Assembly (NCBI GenBank): GCA_040954595.2
Contig: CM082579.2
Location: 12,463,834-12,527,833 of the forward strand
Origin: Balanoglossus misakiensis
Lineage: Eukaryota > Animalia > Hemichordata
Length of the DNA: 64,000 nucleotides
Direction: 5' to 3'
In this document: positions 48,269 through 62,777 of the stretch, in pieces
Layout of the letters: every line of letters starts with the position of its first letter
Numbering within the stretch: the first letter of the stretch is position 1
Translations under genes and position numbers: made by a program
The notes under the pieces: generated by a model
The model's database searches: none
Told to the model about the DNA's origin: nothing
What the model saw: the letters and a program-made list of their open reading frames with translations, nothing else

Positions 48269-49859
48269 ATTTAAATTCATTAGTAAATTTTATTTAGGTT
48301 GAATTCTAAAATAAATACACAAATCATTTGCTTACTCAAATTGTTTTACATGGCCAGTTTTATTGTCCACTAAAAAATCAAGTCTGAATGTATTCACTTG
48401 TCAGAAAAATTTGCTGGAGTATGGCCTAAAACTAACTTTGCACGGCACTTGCACTCCAGGCAAATGCAGATTATTTTTGCTCGCCCGAATAGTAAATCTA
48501 CCTATATTTCTTATATTTAAATGTATTAGTAGATGTTCAAGTAGTTTTATACTTCTGAATGTGTACATTAACTAGTTGTCTCTAAATTTCCAAATGTTGG
48601 TCATAATGCACAGTTGGAGACTGGTCCCTCACTATATAAGAAGACTATTCTGTTCATTGATTATTGTCCACCCCCACCCCCACGTCAATGGCAGGCACTG
48701 TGAACGAAATACATCTTTATATTATATGTTTTTGTTGAAAACTGAATAAGGTCAAGTTGAACAAAAAAAAACGCTGTCATGTCCTGGCTGTAATCACTTT
48801 TGACCATGCTGTAATGCACTTTCTTTGAAACGTCTGTGGAACTGGCTGAATTGTTGTATCATCATGTGTTGTTAACCTCATTGATTCACTCGTTGGAGAT
48901 GACATGTCTTCAATGGCCTGATTAGTTACACTTTCTGTGAAACTTAAAGGCACTGGCTGTATTGTTGTATCATGTGCACAATTTTCTGTTTGAAGAGGTT
49001 GGACATTAGTGGTTGCATGTCTTTCATCAAGGCTTTGCAAAGTAGTGTTTCCTTCTATCTCAGTACTGATTTCACCATCAAGTACCGCGGATGGATTTTG
49101 AAGATGACAGCTCTCTGGGACTGAAATGATGTGTCTTCAGTCACTGTTCTGTTATATAAATTAAAGTTATGTAGCACTCTGTGATTAACAAATTGAAACT
49201 GCAGCATAAGCTTTTGGGAACATGTACATGTAGTCCCCTTCATCAGATTCACACATGTATGAACATTAGAACACATGTGATAATGCTGAATACTGGCTGT
49301 TGGATTAATGATGCCAACCATATTTTCATCCCTTTCCTGGGTGTGGTCATGTTCTGAATTAAGCATGACATTGAAACTCCTTGTATCCCATACTGCTTTT
49401 GCACTGTATTGAAATGAGCGGGAAACGGTTCTTAACTGGACAAAACCCTTGTGTGGAACATCAACAAAAACTTGAATATTCCTGTGTAGTTTGAATAGGC
49501 AAGGCTTATCATTTTCTCTATTTCTCACTTCACCTGTATATATTATTCCACTTACTTTCCAAGCAAATGTCACCTTTAAAGAGGAAGGCTCCATCACAGT
49601 TATGCACAGTACCTGTCGTGTCCATCATGACTGCTTCATCATACCTTAGCACACACGGTTTTATATGGTACGTTCTTGATTTGGGGTTGACACTTGTGCA
49701 GGTTTTTTTGGCAATAAATATCTCCGTTTTTTATGGCTTGCATGTTCGTTCTTCAGCCACCAGCAGCCATCAATCAGGTGTTCTGGCATTCTCCCCCAAA
49801 CCTCCACCCTCCTCAGATATCAGCATTATTTTGTTCATTAGCAGTCCTGATAGTTCATA

Positions 49860-51960
49860 AATTAATGAAATAATTGTTATTGAAAAACATGTTTAGAAAA
49901 CGCCAATGGCCCCTGTTAGTTCATTTCCCTCACAGACATACCCAGACACATGTTTTTCAGTGGCAAAATTCTGTTGATATCTCCATCTGCTGAACATACC
50001 TATGTGTGATACTGGGAATGCTGGACTAATGTCATCTATTGTCATTTCCAGGCATAATGACACATTTCTATCTTTCAAAATGGCTGGTAAAGTTCTACGT
50101 TCTCTTCCAGGCTTGCTTTTTGTACCAAAGCCCATTACACAATTTTTTTCTCTGCCATTCCTTAATTTATTGCTCTTTGCTGTTCTCAAACAATATTCTG
50201 AACATCTCTGCACATTTATTTTGTTTATAAAAAGTAAATGGTCTTCTAATAATAATGCTTGAAAATTACTGACATCCATCAGTAGTTTCAGAATTGGATT
50301 TGTTTCCTCTGGTGGTGGTGGTGGAGCTGAACCTTCTGGTTGAGGCCAGTACTCTTTCCTTGGCATTCCATTTTGATCATTCCCTGCTGGATGGCAAGCT
50401 TCCAAACACACTTTGATAATTCCTGTGCAGTTTCATCATCTGTCAGATTTTTCTTCACTCCAAACAGTGTTGCCATCACATTTTTGAAATATGATTTTGT
50501 CCGTAGGTTAAAATAGTGAGCTATGATATGGACAGCATTAAATAATTCACTTGTTGTTGAAGTTAATTTCACATCCTGAAGTTTTCTTCATACATAAACT
50601 CAGTAATCTTCTCAGTGGTTTGCAGTAAAACTCTGCACTCCTTCCAGTTGTAAATATAGATGGAAGACCCTTTGTATTCATTGATTTTAAACTGAATGAA
50701 AGATCGCAGCTCTTGAGAACTGCGTCCAGTATTGTGAAGATCCATGTAAACAAGCACCAAAGTAAAGACTTTTGTTGCCAACACTCCTGTGTGCTGTTCT
50801 TCTTCCATTCTTCTTAAGTCTTCAATGGACAAATTGAGATATCCTAGAAGTGATGATGAGCAAACCTTCCATCTTTATAGTGTTCTGCTCACTGTGCCGT
50901 TCAGGAATGGAAATAAACAGGGAAATGCAAGTGTGAAGGAGTAGTTTGTTGTAAACTCAGAGATCGGCTTATTGATTCTGGTTGTCTAGGGAATTGTAAT
51001 AACTTTACGTCTGCATGTGACATCACCATGACTTGGTCCAACAACCTCTTGCACAACATATTCAAATTCTTGTCGAATATCCAAAGGTGACCCAGGCAAG
51101 ATTACACTGGATGATGTTTCCCTGTCTTCCCCAGTCACACCTGGATTTAATTGTTCAAACGCTGGTACCTTGTCATCATTATGTTTTGTTTCTGGATTAA
51201 ACTCAACTTTTTTAACATCAGGTTCTCCATTTATTAGGAATTGACTTAATCTTTCTTGACTAATTATGATGTCTTCATATGCTGGATTGTTGTCTTTTAA
51301 CCAAATAAGTGCTGTTTGAACTCTGGTTCTCTGAATATTGAATTCTTTGCTTGTGTCATTTTTCCCAAATTTCTCACTCTAATGATGTTGATTTCTTCGG
51401 GTAGCTATGGCAGTATTTGAGCAAGTTCATTTACCTCTTGTGGGAAAGTCACACAGTGGCCATTAATAGCAGCAATACCTCCATGCCCAAGTAAGTGAAC
51501 AGAAATTGTAGGAGCTATGCTATATATTAGTTTTTGTTCCACAAGAGTTAGATTTCTCTGTGCCTCAGGTCGAAACTGGCACCCAAAAATGATTTCTTTT
51601 CAACAGCAGATAAATGTGACATCCACTGTTTTCTACCATATTAAAACTCTCGACACTGTGGTCCCATTTGAGGATTACACAGAAATAGATATACACCAGA
51701 ATAAAAATCACAGGTGACATTGGCAAGCTAAGCATATATAATATGGACATGTAAAAAGAAGTTAACTATAGACCAATCAAGTGTCATGTGTAATGGCAAT
51801 ATTAGATGCAGTGCTAGAGAAATTGATATTTGACAAGACATTTCTTCACGGGTGTGATTGAACCATGTTCCCAGACTAGTTCGGCCACGAAGGAGTGTGG
51901 GTATTCGTGTATAGGTAGGTGGCATGGTGTGCATTGTTTGTGAATCACAACATAACATGT
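49860..51960 (-). pseudogene. Degraded Helitron Rep region (DUF6570-like + Helitron_like_N)
   Basis: NLTLVEQKLI..GHCVTFPQ..ILP..RVQTALIWLKDNNPAY; PISEF..LAFPCLFP; GLPSIFTT.SAE; HYFNLR; CSEYCLR..C.MGFG; many stops and frameshifts. Confidence 0.75.
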
Positions 51961-53402
51961 TGCACTAATTTTCACTATGTCCAACAAACATGGAAATAGA
52001 GTAAGATCGTTTAAGACGAGCAGGGTGTCTACTGGAGATCACCAAGAATCTCATGACCAGTACAGCTTATGGTGAGTCGTGCTCCTGCCAGTGCCAGTGG
52101 TTCTGAAACAACAACAGTTAAACAAGTGAGTCAGAACACTTGTGCCGTGGTGTCCATGCGCAGCCATCTTCATCGCCATCTACACCTAACCATAACCCAG
52201 ACAGAGAATTTAGATAACTTTTCTTGTTTTCACGTTTACAAGAACAGAGTAAGTAAAGATTTGGGTCTAAATAACAAAAAAACACAACATTTGGCGTCGT
52301 TAAGTCCATATACTCCAACATGGACCCACTGTGTCAGCATGTTCATTGAACAGACATTCAATACTCAGACAGTTCAGGACAATCATACGGTGCACATATG
52401 CTTCAATGAGGGAAAATGGAATATGCATTGGTCAGAGTGCCCCTTATCCCCTTGCATTATCAAATACAGTGGGTGTAATGAGGAAAGGGAGAAAAGCAAA
52501 GTTATGGAAGCACTAATCCCACTAAACTACACAGATGTTAGTCAGAACTGACTGCCTATTCTGGAAAGAACCAAATTAAACAGAAGCAATCATTGATGCA
52601 CTACATTTTATACATGGAGCCCCCCCCCCCCTGACAGTCTGTAAAACATGGTGCCATTGGTGTGTCTCTTGTCATAGATGAGGAGAAATTCCTTCTGCTA
52701 CCAAGAAAATTGGTGCATGAGGAAAGAGGACACAACTTTAATGAAAGTCAGCAAGATGTCCCAACCTTGTACAATTTACCTTGCTGCAATGATGACACAA
52801 CTATGAAATATCAAGGCTTTCACTCCCCAAAGTGATACAGCAGATGTACAATGTACAAGGTTATTGTCTAAGTTGAAGGCACTCAGAGTCTTTGCTGTTT
52901 GAGATACAGCAGACAAAATAACCATAATATCAGACAAATTGTATGACACCTTGGAACCGAAACCACCAATCATTCACGACATACAGTACAGGTTGCCGGG
53001 CAAGACTTATCCAAGGAGGCTTTTATGACTGGACCGGTCGATTTAAGGCTGGGGGAAGCACTACTTTTCAGAAAGACACATGTCTTCCCACTAGGTGGTG
53101 CTACACTAGTGGGGGTGTGGACCAACTGAGATCCAAACAAGGTACCATTGACATGAAAGACAATATCAGAGGGGGAAAAACAAGTCCCATTGCTTCATGG
53201 GAACGTTGCTGTTACAGCAATACGTATTTTCTTTGCTGACACATCTGTTCCACTGTCTTGTGTACTGTCATAGTCTTGACATTTTTTTTCTGTGTACTGG
53301 TACACATTCCTAACCTCTTGTATGACGACAGTTTGCAGTTAATTTCATTCAATGTAGCTTTTCCAGGACTAATGATTAATTTTAATCATGTTTTATTTAT
53401 AG

Positions 53403-53890
53403 GTACGTGAATGGCAAAGTGGTAGAACTCCTTACCAAGACCATGTTCGTAACTATATTATGTGCAGAAAATGTCCCATCATTGCCAGACTAGTGGTGTA
53501 GAGGCTTATCACAGTGTTGTTAATCATTTTGCACCCAACGTGTACAAGTTTTCTTACCACGGAATGAGCAGCAGGTGGGTGGGTTTAAAATAAATGCACA
53601 GGGACATGTACAAGTACTGTAGTATTGTGTGTGCTTATCAGTGAAGGTGGACCAGATGCCACATAATAACTGCGCTCTCAAAAGCTGAAAGCACAATCCT
53701 TTGAAAACATTATCATAGTCTCATTTCAGATTCAAACCAATAACTACCATCACATAATTTTGTTGATTACATCCTTTGTTTGTGTGAATTATTGCATAGT
53801 TAAACTTGCTACCATGCATTACAATGAAAATGCTGGGAGATGACAGAGAGTCACAAAAGAAGGAGTAGACTTCTACAGCATTGTTTATGA
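53403..53890 (+). pseudogene. Spliced C-terminal fragment of a Kolobok-type transposase
   Basis: QTSGVEAYHSVVNHFAPNVYKFSYHGMSSR|gt ... ag|LKLATMHYNENAGR*Q. Confidence 0.65.
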
Positions 53891-54517
53891 TTGTGTATGA
53901 TGGTTGAGGGGACTTATGGTAAGCATTTAAGTGTCAAACCATGCGCCATCAAAACATTAATAGTCAAGTCAGTGAGCATTTGCAATATTATCTTACATCT
54001 GTTATTCACAACCATATGAAATTAAGTGACCATCTACATACACAAATAATTATGTTATGTGAATGACTGTTTTGGGGAGATTTTGAAGATGGCTAAAATT
54101 CCAAAGAAAAGCAGGACAGATATTCATTACTGCAGGCCTCCATTAAAACTACTTCACTTGGTACCCGACTTGGCTATTGTTAAGTCGGGTCACTTAATAT
54201 GCAAGATTACCTGAATTTATTTAACTTATAGTTTTGTTTGTTTGAATCCCACTATTTTCATTTCTAGACTCACACTCGTAACAGAGCCCCACAATTAGGA
54301 ACAGATGAGCGCAATTATCATTAAGCTATTAAAGTGTTGCTCACCAGTACATGTCAGCCACATAGGCCACAGTGAATGTGCAGTATACCAAAGAAAAACT
54401 GGGTACAAATTAGCATTACAGATAGTTTATGACCCGGCCTTGGGACAGAAAACTACACACAGGCCTTATCATGCTTCATACTGAAAAACATTATGTATTG
54501 AGGTACAGTGAGGTCTC

Positions 54518-54572
54518 GTGATGTCCGGATTTTGACTCGTTGCTTCGCAACTCGTCAAAATACGGACATCAC
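54518..54572. repeat. Long DNA hairpin
   Basis: GTGATGTCCGgATTTTGACtcGTTGC-TTC-GCAACtcGTCAAAATaCGGACATCAC; 23 of 26 stem positions pair. Confidence 0.85.
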
Positions 54573-54958
54573 TCGAATACGACGCGTTATCGACCAAAAT
54601 TCCTGTAATAACCCCTCAGTATATCGCCTTGAAAATATCAGCCTTTCCAAACTTCTCCCTTTACATTACATAAAGGCAGTTTGTCGACATTCCTAGCTAA
54701 CAGCAATTATTGCAAGTTAAGCATGTTTTTACTTTTGTATTAACAGTGTAGTTTTCCTGAGGCTATCCAGTGTATGATCAGAGATGCCAACATTATAAGC
54801 CCTTTGAAATGAGTTTGGTGTAATACAGCTCATCAATCCGAAACACCTCCACACTGTTATCAGCAGCAGTGATGTCACACAATGGGCATATGCTCATTTA
54901 GCTGGTACGTAACTTTCTCAAAATATTGAAAAAAGGTTTTAAATTTGCCCAATTCAAC

Positions 54959-55190
54959 ATGGCGTGCGTCTACTGTGGAAGAGTATTTGAGAAGCCCGAG
55001 CAAAGTTATAGGAGGCATTCATTTAAATCCATAGTTCGAGGTAAAGAACAGTCCATGCAAGATATCGCGAGCGACGTATTTGATCCTAGCTTCTCCATCA
55101 ATAACACCAAAACCAGTCGAAGACAGAGCTCTCTGTGAAATCTGCTACGGCTTATTGCAGAAAATCTCAAAGCGTAATAAGGAATACTCT
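54959..55190 (+). pseudogene. C4 zinc-finger (zf-AD-like) N-terminal fragment, probably transposon-derived
   Basis: MACVYCGRVF ... (frameshift) LCEICYGLL. Confidence 0.35.
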
Positions 55191-56505
55191 AGATAAGAGC
55201 AGACCAAACGCTGCACCAAGAACATCAAAGGGAAGTCTTAAAAAGGGTTATTACACTTAATTTTCATCAGGGCCCACTTATACTTTCACTCAGTGAAACT
55301 GGTACCCAGCACATGCAAGGCAAAACTCAAAATATGGCAAAAATGCAATGATTCAATAAAAAGAATCCAAATGCCATGAGATAGTGACTGACCAAAGTCT
55401 TCATCCTACCAAATTTCAGCAGAAGTTACTAAAGCGTTTTCAAACAGTGGATGTCAGCAAGTGTTATTGTGTACAGAAAATTGCTAATATTAGAGACCCT
55501 TCCTTTTGGTAAAAACAAGGGAGCTTCAAAACTGTCTGGATGAAAGGTGCATCTGACTTCGACAGCACCTGTGTGCGAATGTTAAAAGCAATCATCTTTG
55601 GCATGGCTGGACAGAATTTGTGCAACATGGCAGTCAGAACCTGACTGTTTCCTTTAAGCTAGCGCAGCCAGCAGTTGGAATAGGGCAGGGGAGCAGGCCA
55701 GGAATGAGACTACTGGATGCATTTCTTCTACAGACAATATTTTGAACTTCTTTTATTTTTTTCCTCAGGTTCTGCCCAAGAAACCACAGGAAAGTGAACT
55801 GACCTCCCACCTACAAAAACTGCGACAAAAGTGGCACATGCAGGAAGTTATCTTAAAACAACGCGAGGAACAGCTACGCAGAGAAAGAGCATGGCTAAAA
55901 CAGAATGAGGCCCTCATCAATGATTTTGCCAAACTGGCAAAATCATTTGCAATCATGTAGGAGGAGACGAGGTAAGTGTTGCGTTCACTTGGATGATATA
56001 TTTGTAAAGTTGAATATACTGTTACATGATACTACAGTAGCACATTTGTGCTAACAAAAACTAAGCAGTCTAATTATGTGGTCATAACTCTAATATTTGT
56101 AGTCGCATTTTATATTTTGCAGGACACAATTTTCACTTCATTTGCTCATTGTACATGTGGTAACACATGACAGTAGTGTAGTCGTCATGTAGTGCATGAC
56201 TGGACGGCCAAGCCTCAAGCAGTTCTAAAATAGCAATATGTACACTCAAAAGACACGTGGTCTCTGAGTTTTTGTGCCAGCACAAATTAAGCTGTCAAAT
56301 TATGTGGTAGTGATTTTGTCAACAATTAACTATTGTAAAAAGGAATTAAGCCAGTGAACATGCTCTGAATGTGTCGACAGAGTTGCATCACCCAGGAAAA
56401 TATGGATGAAGTCGTCAAAATGCGCCCATATGACAAAAAATGTGGTCTGGCTGCAAATTGCCTCAGCCAAATTTTGTATAAATTGGCTCCATATAAATGA
56501 AAAAT

Positions 56506-56710
56506 GCTATTTTTGTGACAATAATGCCATTGAGGATGAATTCCACTTCTGTATGTCCATTTTATGATGATATAAAGGCTAAATATTTACACACATACTT
56601 TTATATAGTAACATCTCATGTAAAATTTAATATGCTTTGTACATCTGAAAATATCTTGGTTATTCAAAATCTCTATAAATGCTTTTTTTTTGCTATGAAG
56701 AAACGAGCAA
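56506..56710 (+). mobile_element. LINE (RTEX/L2-like) 3' end fragment
   Basis: CYFCDNNAIEDEFHF / CPFYDDIKAKYL zinc-knuckle motif. Confidence 0.6.
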
Positions 56711-57685
56711 ATGCAGGAGCTGCTACAACATAAGTTTCTGTAACTTCAAACAGTCATCATTCTTTATTGTAATGCTTCATTTTGTTGAGCACTCTCATGC
56801 ATAGTATGTGTTGGACATTTGTATATATTTGGGCCGGTGGCCTTCTGTATGTGAAATAAATAATAAAAATAGCATCAAGGACACTTGGTGCTCTCTCAGT
56901 GTGTAGTGGATGATGAGCAGCAGTTTGGAGAACAGTGCTTTGGTATATGGGTGAAAGGAACAAGTTGCAAACACCAAGGTGAAATGCTGAACTGTTTTGC
57001 TCATGTAATATTGAATGCAGCCTGATGAGGTGGGTGCTTGGCAGGGGGGAAACCACTTGTCAAGGGCTCTAATAAATGTTTTAAATTTAGGCTGTAAAAT
57101 GGCCCCGCACACACAAATGGCCTCACACAAATATATTTTGTCATTTCCCTCTCAGATTTTATATCTTATATTATACTGATTGAATTCATTGTGTATTGTT
57201 ATATCCAATTGCACCAGTGCAAGCTATGAGAAATGCATTTTGGGGGGAAAAACAGTGCAAGTAGAAGAATTAGTCTAAAAGTGAAAGAAATACATTTTTA
57301 TAAAACAATGTCAGCATTCAAGATCAAGTGTTTTGATCAAAAGTTCTCCATTTTCAAGTATATAACGTCATGTGCTGACTATAGTAGTGTAGGTGTTATA
57401 GCAAAACAAAATACATGAATTGTTCAAACAAAAAGTTCAATCATTTAGTTTCCCCAGTTGATTGGAGCATAGCAGTTGTGAACATAGTATATGAAATAAA
57501 TTAAAATAGTCATTGCTCTCTGGGTCTATCATTTTCAGTAGAAGTGACCTGATTTCACATCAATAGTTAACCACCCGTCATTTCCAGCTAATTTCATGTA
57601 GTACAAAAGTCCTATACAACATAATGACATTTCTAGAACCTTTTTTGCTGGTTGGGCCCACAGACTAGGACTAATGGTTCTAAAA

Positions 57686-57935
57686 AGAAACTTCCATAAC
57701 AACCTGTACACTTGACGCATTCAAGTCAAAGCAGACCTAACCCATTCAAAATATGCAAATTAGGAAAAGACGCATATGCATTCTTTGTGTCCCAGAGACA
57801 CTCACATGGAATCAAGCGAGTGCGGCCACTAGCTGGAAGAGCTGAATTCAATGCATTGCCTTGCAATGTTCATGATACAGGGGGGTGATGATCAATGAAC
57901 AGAACGACGGTCCACTTTCACTTGTTGTAGTGCAC
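57686..57935 (+). repeat. Dispersed repeat homologous to the sequence flanking the BEL insertion
   Basis: 57686-57800 matches 27395-27535 and continues into similarity with 35327-35405. Confidence 0.75.
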
Positions 57936-59535
57936 TGATCATGGCAAAACAAACGACGATGTTAGATAGTGCTTCGCAGGTTTGACTAATTTGCATGAAA
58001 ATTGTCTCGCCAAACAAAACTTTTTCTCGCATTTGTGATTTGGCAAGCGGGTAGCGGAAACACTGCTGGCTAATCCGTTCCGATTTATGTCACTTTTCCA
58101 AGTCTTCCTCAACACCTCGAAGCTACACACCACCGCCAAAACCATAAAGCTACACACCCCTACCAGAAAATGGTATGCATTCTTGACAGGTTGACGGGCA
58201 GAAGTAGCTGATTCCCAATACCAAAGACTCCTCGTTTATAAACACTTCAGAGCCAGTAATAAATGAAAATTAAAATATGCAAATATTATAGTACTTCTGA
58301 CCCGGAAATTGAATTGTTGTTGGCGTGTAGGGTCCAATACAGTCCATTGCATTTTCTCATCGGGGGCCACCCCTGGTTGTATGTATATTGGCCAGACTTT
58401 CACATTGAAAACAACATTTGGATCAAACCACCAACGTGGTGACTTGGTAAATTAATTCAAATACGAAATGAACAGCATTGAAGAATTATGTGTCTTTTAA
58501 ATTGCGTCTGTTTCAATAATGTCTTAGCTTTCATTTTTGTGTGTATATACCAAGAATGTGGCAGTTTCTTGAAGAGGATGCACAGATGTGTCTACCAATA
58601 ATTCTGGAAATCGCTGAAAATAATCTGTAAAGTCTTAAATATGAGTTGAGCTCATGAGTCTAGTGCCTCTTTCAGCTGGGATAATCTGCAGCATGAAAAA
58701 ACCAAGAACGAGTACCACCAACAATTCGAACAAATGGATGAGGCACTGGCCGCTTTCAGCCAAAAAGCCGGAGTGTTGAAAACGTGGTGGAAAGATGCTG
58801 CTGAAAGGTATGGTGAATCTTGACCCCCGTGTGACCTTTACATCCTGGCATTTTGTTGGCATGATTTAACCATTTTGAGTTTAAACTGTGGATCAGTCAA
58901 CCTTACTTACTGAATCTGTGCACTGTAAATCATCCCAAAACAACAATATTGTCTGTTACACAAAAGGGAACTCATGTGCCAACAAAACACGGGTGTTTCT
59001 AAAACTTGTAACGAGCAGAACCTTCAGTAATGACCAATAATGACCTTGCAATAGATAGAATAATTAAAGAGAAACAATAACGACCAAAAATAATGTGATC
59101 CATCCATAAATCACATCACAACAACATGCAGTTCCCGCCCATCATAACCGTACTCATGCCCTCTATGACGCGTTTGATAGATACCAATTTGTAAGTAATT
59201 AGCAAAAACAAACAGCAATTAGCAATAATGAGCAAGAGATACAAAACATGAATTTATAACGAGCCACAAATATGACCTGTCCGGAAATTACCCAACTATC
59301 TCATTAAGTGATCTCTTTAAGTGATAGTGGAGTTTGGCAAGGACAGAATGTCTGAATATCTGTCGGATTTGGGGTGACAAGTTGCCTGATCAATAAGAAA
59401 GCAGTTGCCCCATGTTACCAGTTTACCTCACCTAGACATCTGCATTGCACCTTATTAACCCTAATGGTGCCAAGTCAGTCGGTGAGTTTTTCATTCTCGT
59501 GTCTACAAGTGGGATAGAAGTTGTGTGTGGTTTAA

Positions 59536-60039
59536 AGGCACGTAAGCTGTAACTGGATAAAAAATTAAAGTTTTAAATAATCTTATATATGCTTTCAATT
59601 ATGTCTATTAAATGCTATTTCATGATAATATATCAAGCTCAACACTTATTTATGACACAATGGCCAAAAATTAAAGAAAAACGAAAATTCCTGCAATTTT
59701 AAAAAAAGTGCAATATTGCAATGAAAAATGAAAATCTGATGTCTCAGTGGTGTACATTTACTTCCATGAGCTCAAGTGGATGGGATCATGTTTTGTTTAT
59801 GAAGTTTCATAACCGTAAATGCAACATTTTCATTGTTTCTTGCATTTTCCCACGGTGGCGGCCATAATCGCTTGCGGCAAAGCTTTATTATTTATCTGGT
59901 TAAAACTTGCATATGCACTCATATTTAGGGTTTATAATGCTTGTGTATAGTTCACTGCCTTCATCTTCATGGACTAATGGTAGTACAGTTTGAAACAAAA
60001 ATTATGAAAATTATCCCCAAAGTTACAGCTTACGTGCCT
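59536..60039. mobile_element. Kolobok-like MITE, copy 2 (inverted relative to 904-1354)
   Basis: TTAA|AGGCACGTAAGCTGTAACT ... AGTTACAGCTTACGTGCCT|TTAA; internal homology to copy 1. Confidence 0.85.
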
Positions 60040-61400
60040 TTAACGTTGATTCACTATATATCCACAGAAACTTATTAGGCGAAAGGATATACTCAATGAA
60101 TGTACGTCAATGGAGGAGGAACACAGACAAAAAGTAAAAGCTGTGATGACAACCCAGTATATATGTCAAGCGAGGACACTGATTTGTTTGCTGAGTTCTC
60201 TTCATCGGACGATGACGACTTGGGTGGACTGTCACCAGAAATGCAAAGCCACTGAGAAGGAGACGATTGCTATGGCAGTCAAAGTTTGTCAATGAAGCTT
60301 TCTCACTGCTCGTCAAAAGGTAATAACTATTGATATTGTTTACAAATAAGTAAGGACCAGAGTTCAGTTTTCAACAACAGGTAAACATTGCTGTTTATTG
60401 TTGAGAAGCTAAATGCTTCCCAATTCAATTCAACAGTGCCATATCCTAGAGTGAGAATATGGACTTGTTTGCCTGATTGCAAATCTAGGCACATACTGTG
60501 GCAGATATACTCTATGGCCAAATTATGTGGGGGTATATTTAGAGTACAATCATAGGAATATGTTATTTTGTCCTAACTACAGCTGGTTCCCAAGGGTATC
60601 ATTGTCAGTAACCTTAATGTTATTTTTCGCTTTATACACTTGTTTAGTGGTTAGATTTTTCCCCATTGAATTTTTACATCTTATCTGTATAAATTACATT
60701 TGGTTCCTGACACATAACGAGAATATAAATGTTTATCTGATGTAAAATATTTGCCTGCTGTATAGGACTGGTTATTTTCAGGGGAATAAAACTACCCAAA
60801 TAAGGAATGCAAAAATAGTTGTCGGACAACAGAGAGTGAAAAAAATAATGACCGGTTCATTAGATATAAAAAAATAATGCTATCTCATCTTCCAGACACC
60901 CCCTTCATATCATATGGTCCACCCCTAATATAATGTAATCATACCCCAGCTCAGCATTGACTGCTAATGAAATGTCGTCCCGTCCCTAGCTCTGTTCAAT
61001 GACTGTTATGAAAATGTTAAATTCACTGCTAGCTCTGATAGACTAAATGCGACATTAACACGAGAGGACGTGTACTGATCTGAGTGAACAGACCCCGTGA
61101 GGAGTACGGTGCCCAGAGTACAAGCGTCCTAAAAGAGTAATGCCACAGCTTTGTAGTCAGTGCGCCCATGAGGGGAATTTTCCACACAGTACCAAATTGA
61201 GTCTAACCGTCAGCTTATTGTCATACTAAAACTGCCTACTCATTCGCCATATTCCGACTGAGAGGTTTTTTACAGCAGATTGTCTGCGGAATAAAACCTA
61301 AGATTAGAATAGCGTCCGAATTCGCACAGAAACTGCGTTGCCCTTTCGATCAACTGAACGGCCATCATGCATTTATAAAATATATGCATGCACAGCCCAG

Positions 61401-61810
61401 CAGCCTCGTTCGCGAACAACTCCTTAACCACAGCCCAGCCAGCGGCGGATAGGGCCGTCGTATATTGTGCTTCAAGCTGAGGATATGCCATATGACTTGG
61501 CGCTAGTGCTATGAATCGACCCAATTATGACATTTTGCTCGGACGAGAAACAAAATTTGTTCTGCCTAAATGGGGAAAAGATGACCAGTAACACCAAGAT
61601 TGTTTCCCGAATGGCCTCGCTTTACGGTTAAAGATGAAATTCTCACTGGAACTAAGTTTATACCTTCTGAAGTCCGGCAATATTACACCAATCTGTACAC
61701 ATGTGAACATTTTGAACAAATTAACTTCATTAATTAGTTGACACACACTCTTTGTGATGGCGACTTCTTGCCCGCAGACTTTGCGATGTGTACGTTCGCG
61801 AACGAGGCTG
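61401..61810. mobile_element. Small TIR element (family uncertain, Academ-like YAG termini)
   Basis: 17-bp perfect inverted repeat CAGCCTCGTTCGCGAAC; no clear TSD. Confidence 0.55.
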
Positions 61811-61930
61811 GTAGGCGTAACTTCTTTGCAAAGTTAGATACTGAGATAACGGCACCTCGTGCTGACCTCGGGATCGGAGGGGACATAGTTTGTGGAGGAC
61901 TTCGGAAGGTGTTACAGTCAGTAGGGTTTA

Positions 61931-62777
61931 GGGAGCCGTCATTATTTATGGCCGGGGGGGGGGGTCGGAGGAATCAAGGGGGGGAGGGGGGAGTTCTCAA
62001 AAATTGGAAGGCTGCAGAGGGGGGGGGTTTCTCAAAAATTGTAGATGAAGAGGGGGGGGGGTCACTCATTTTTGGGAAATGTATCAAAGTTTTTCAACTG
62101 AAAGATTTAGTTGTGTGCTGTGCACTATCAAAGTATTTGTCCCAAAATTTGCTGATAAAGGATTGGCATGCTTGCCTGATCATGCATAAAAACGCCTGGC
62201 TGTACAAGAGAAGTACATTAAATCATACATAATACATTTTACAGTTGTTACAAGAGGGGGAAGGACAGCCGGATCATGGCGGAATGCTCCCAGCAGATAC
62301 CTATATTAGCACATAGAACTGAACTACCTGAACTGTTGTTAATTCACAGAAATATATTTTCACCAACAAAGTTTGATAATCATTTTGACTTTTAACGATG
62401 CCTGTCCAAATTACACAATGCTACTTGATGGTTACTGGTTATGGGTGAGCTTTTACGGTAGTTACTTTGAGATTGTTTTGTTGTTTCACCCTTTTCAATC
62501 CATCATGATGCAACTGATGATCACCTACAATGTAGCAGGGTGAACCTGGAGTTGAAAGGTCTTTTACTACACTACTGTAATAGTGATTTATACAGATACA
62601 TGTATTGATATGTAGTTGTTCCGGTTTTAGGGGGGGGGGGCAGTCGAAATTTCTGTGTTGGAAGGGGGGGTTTCTCAAAATCTGCATGCTTGGCAGGGGG
62701 GGTTTCTCAAAATTTTGGAGTTTCTAGTGTAATTCCTCCGACCCCCCCCCCCCAGGCCGTAAATAATGACGGCTCCC
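61931..62777. mobile_element. PIF/Harbinger non-autonomous element
   Basis: TTA|GGGAGCCGTCATTATTTA.GGCC.(G)n TCGGAGGAAT at both ends, inverted; TTA TSD; poly-G subterminal blocks. Confidence 0.85.
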
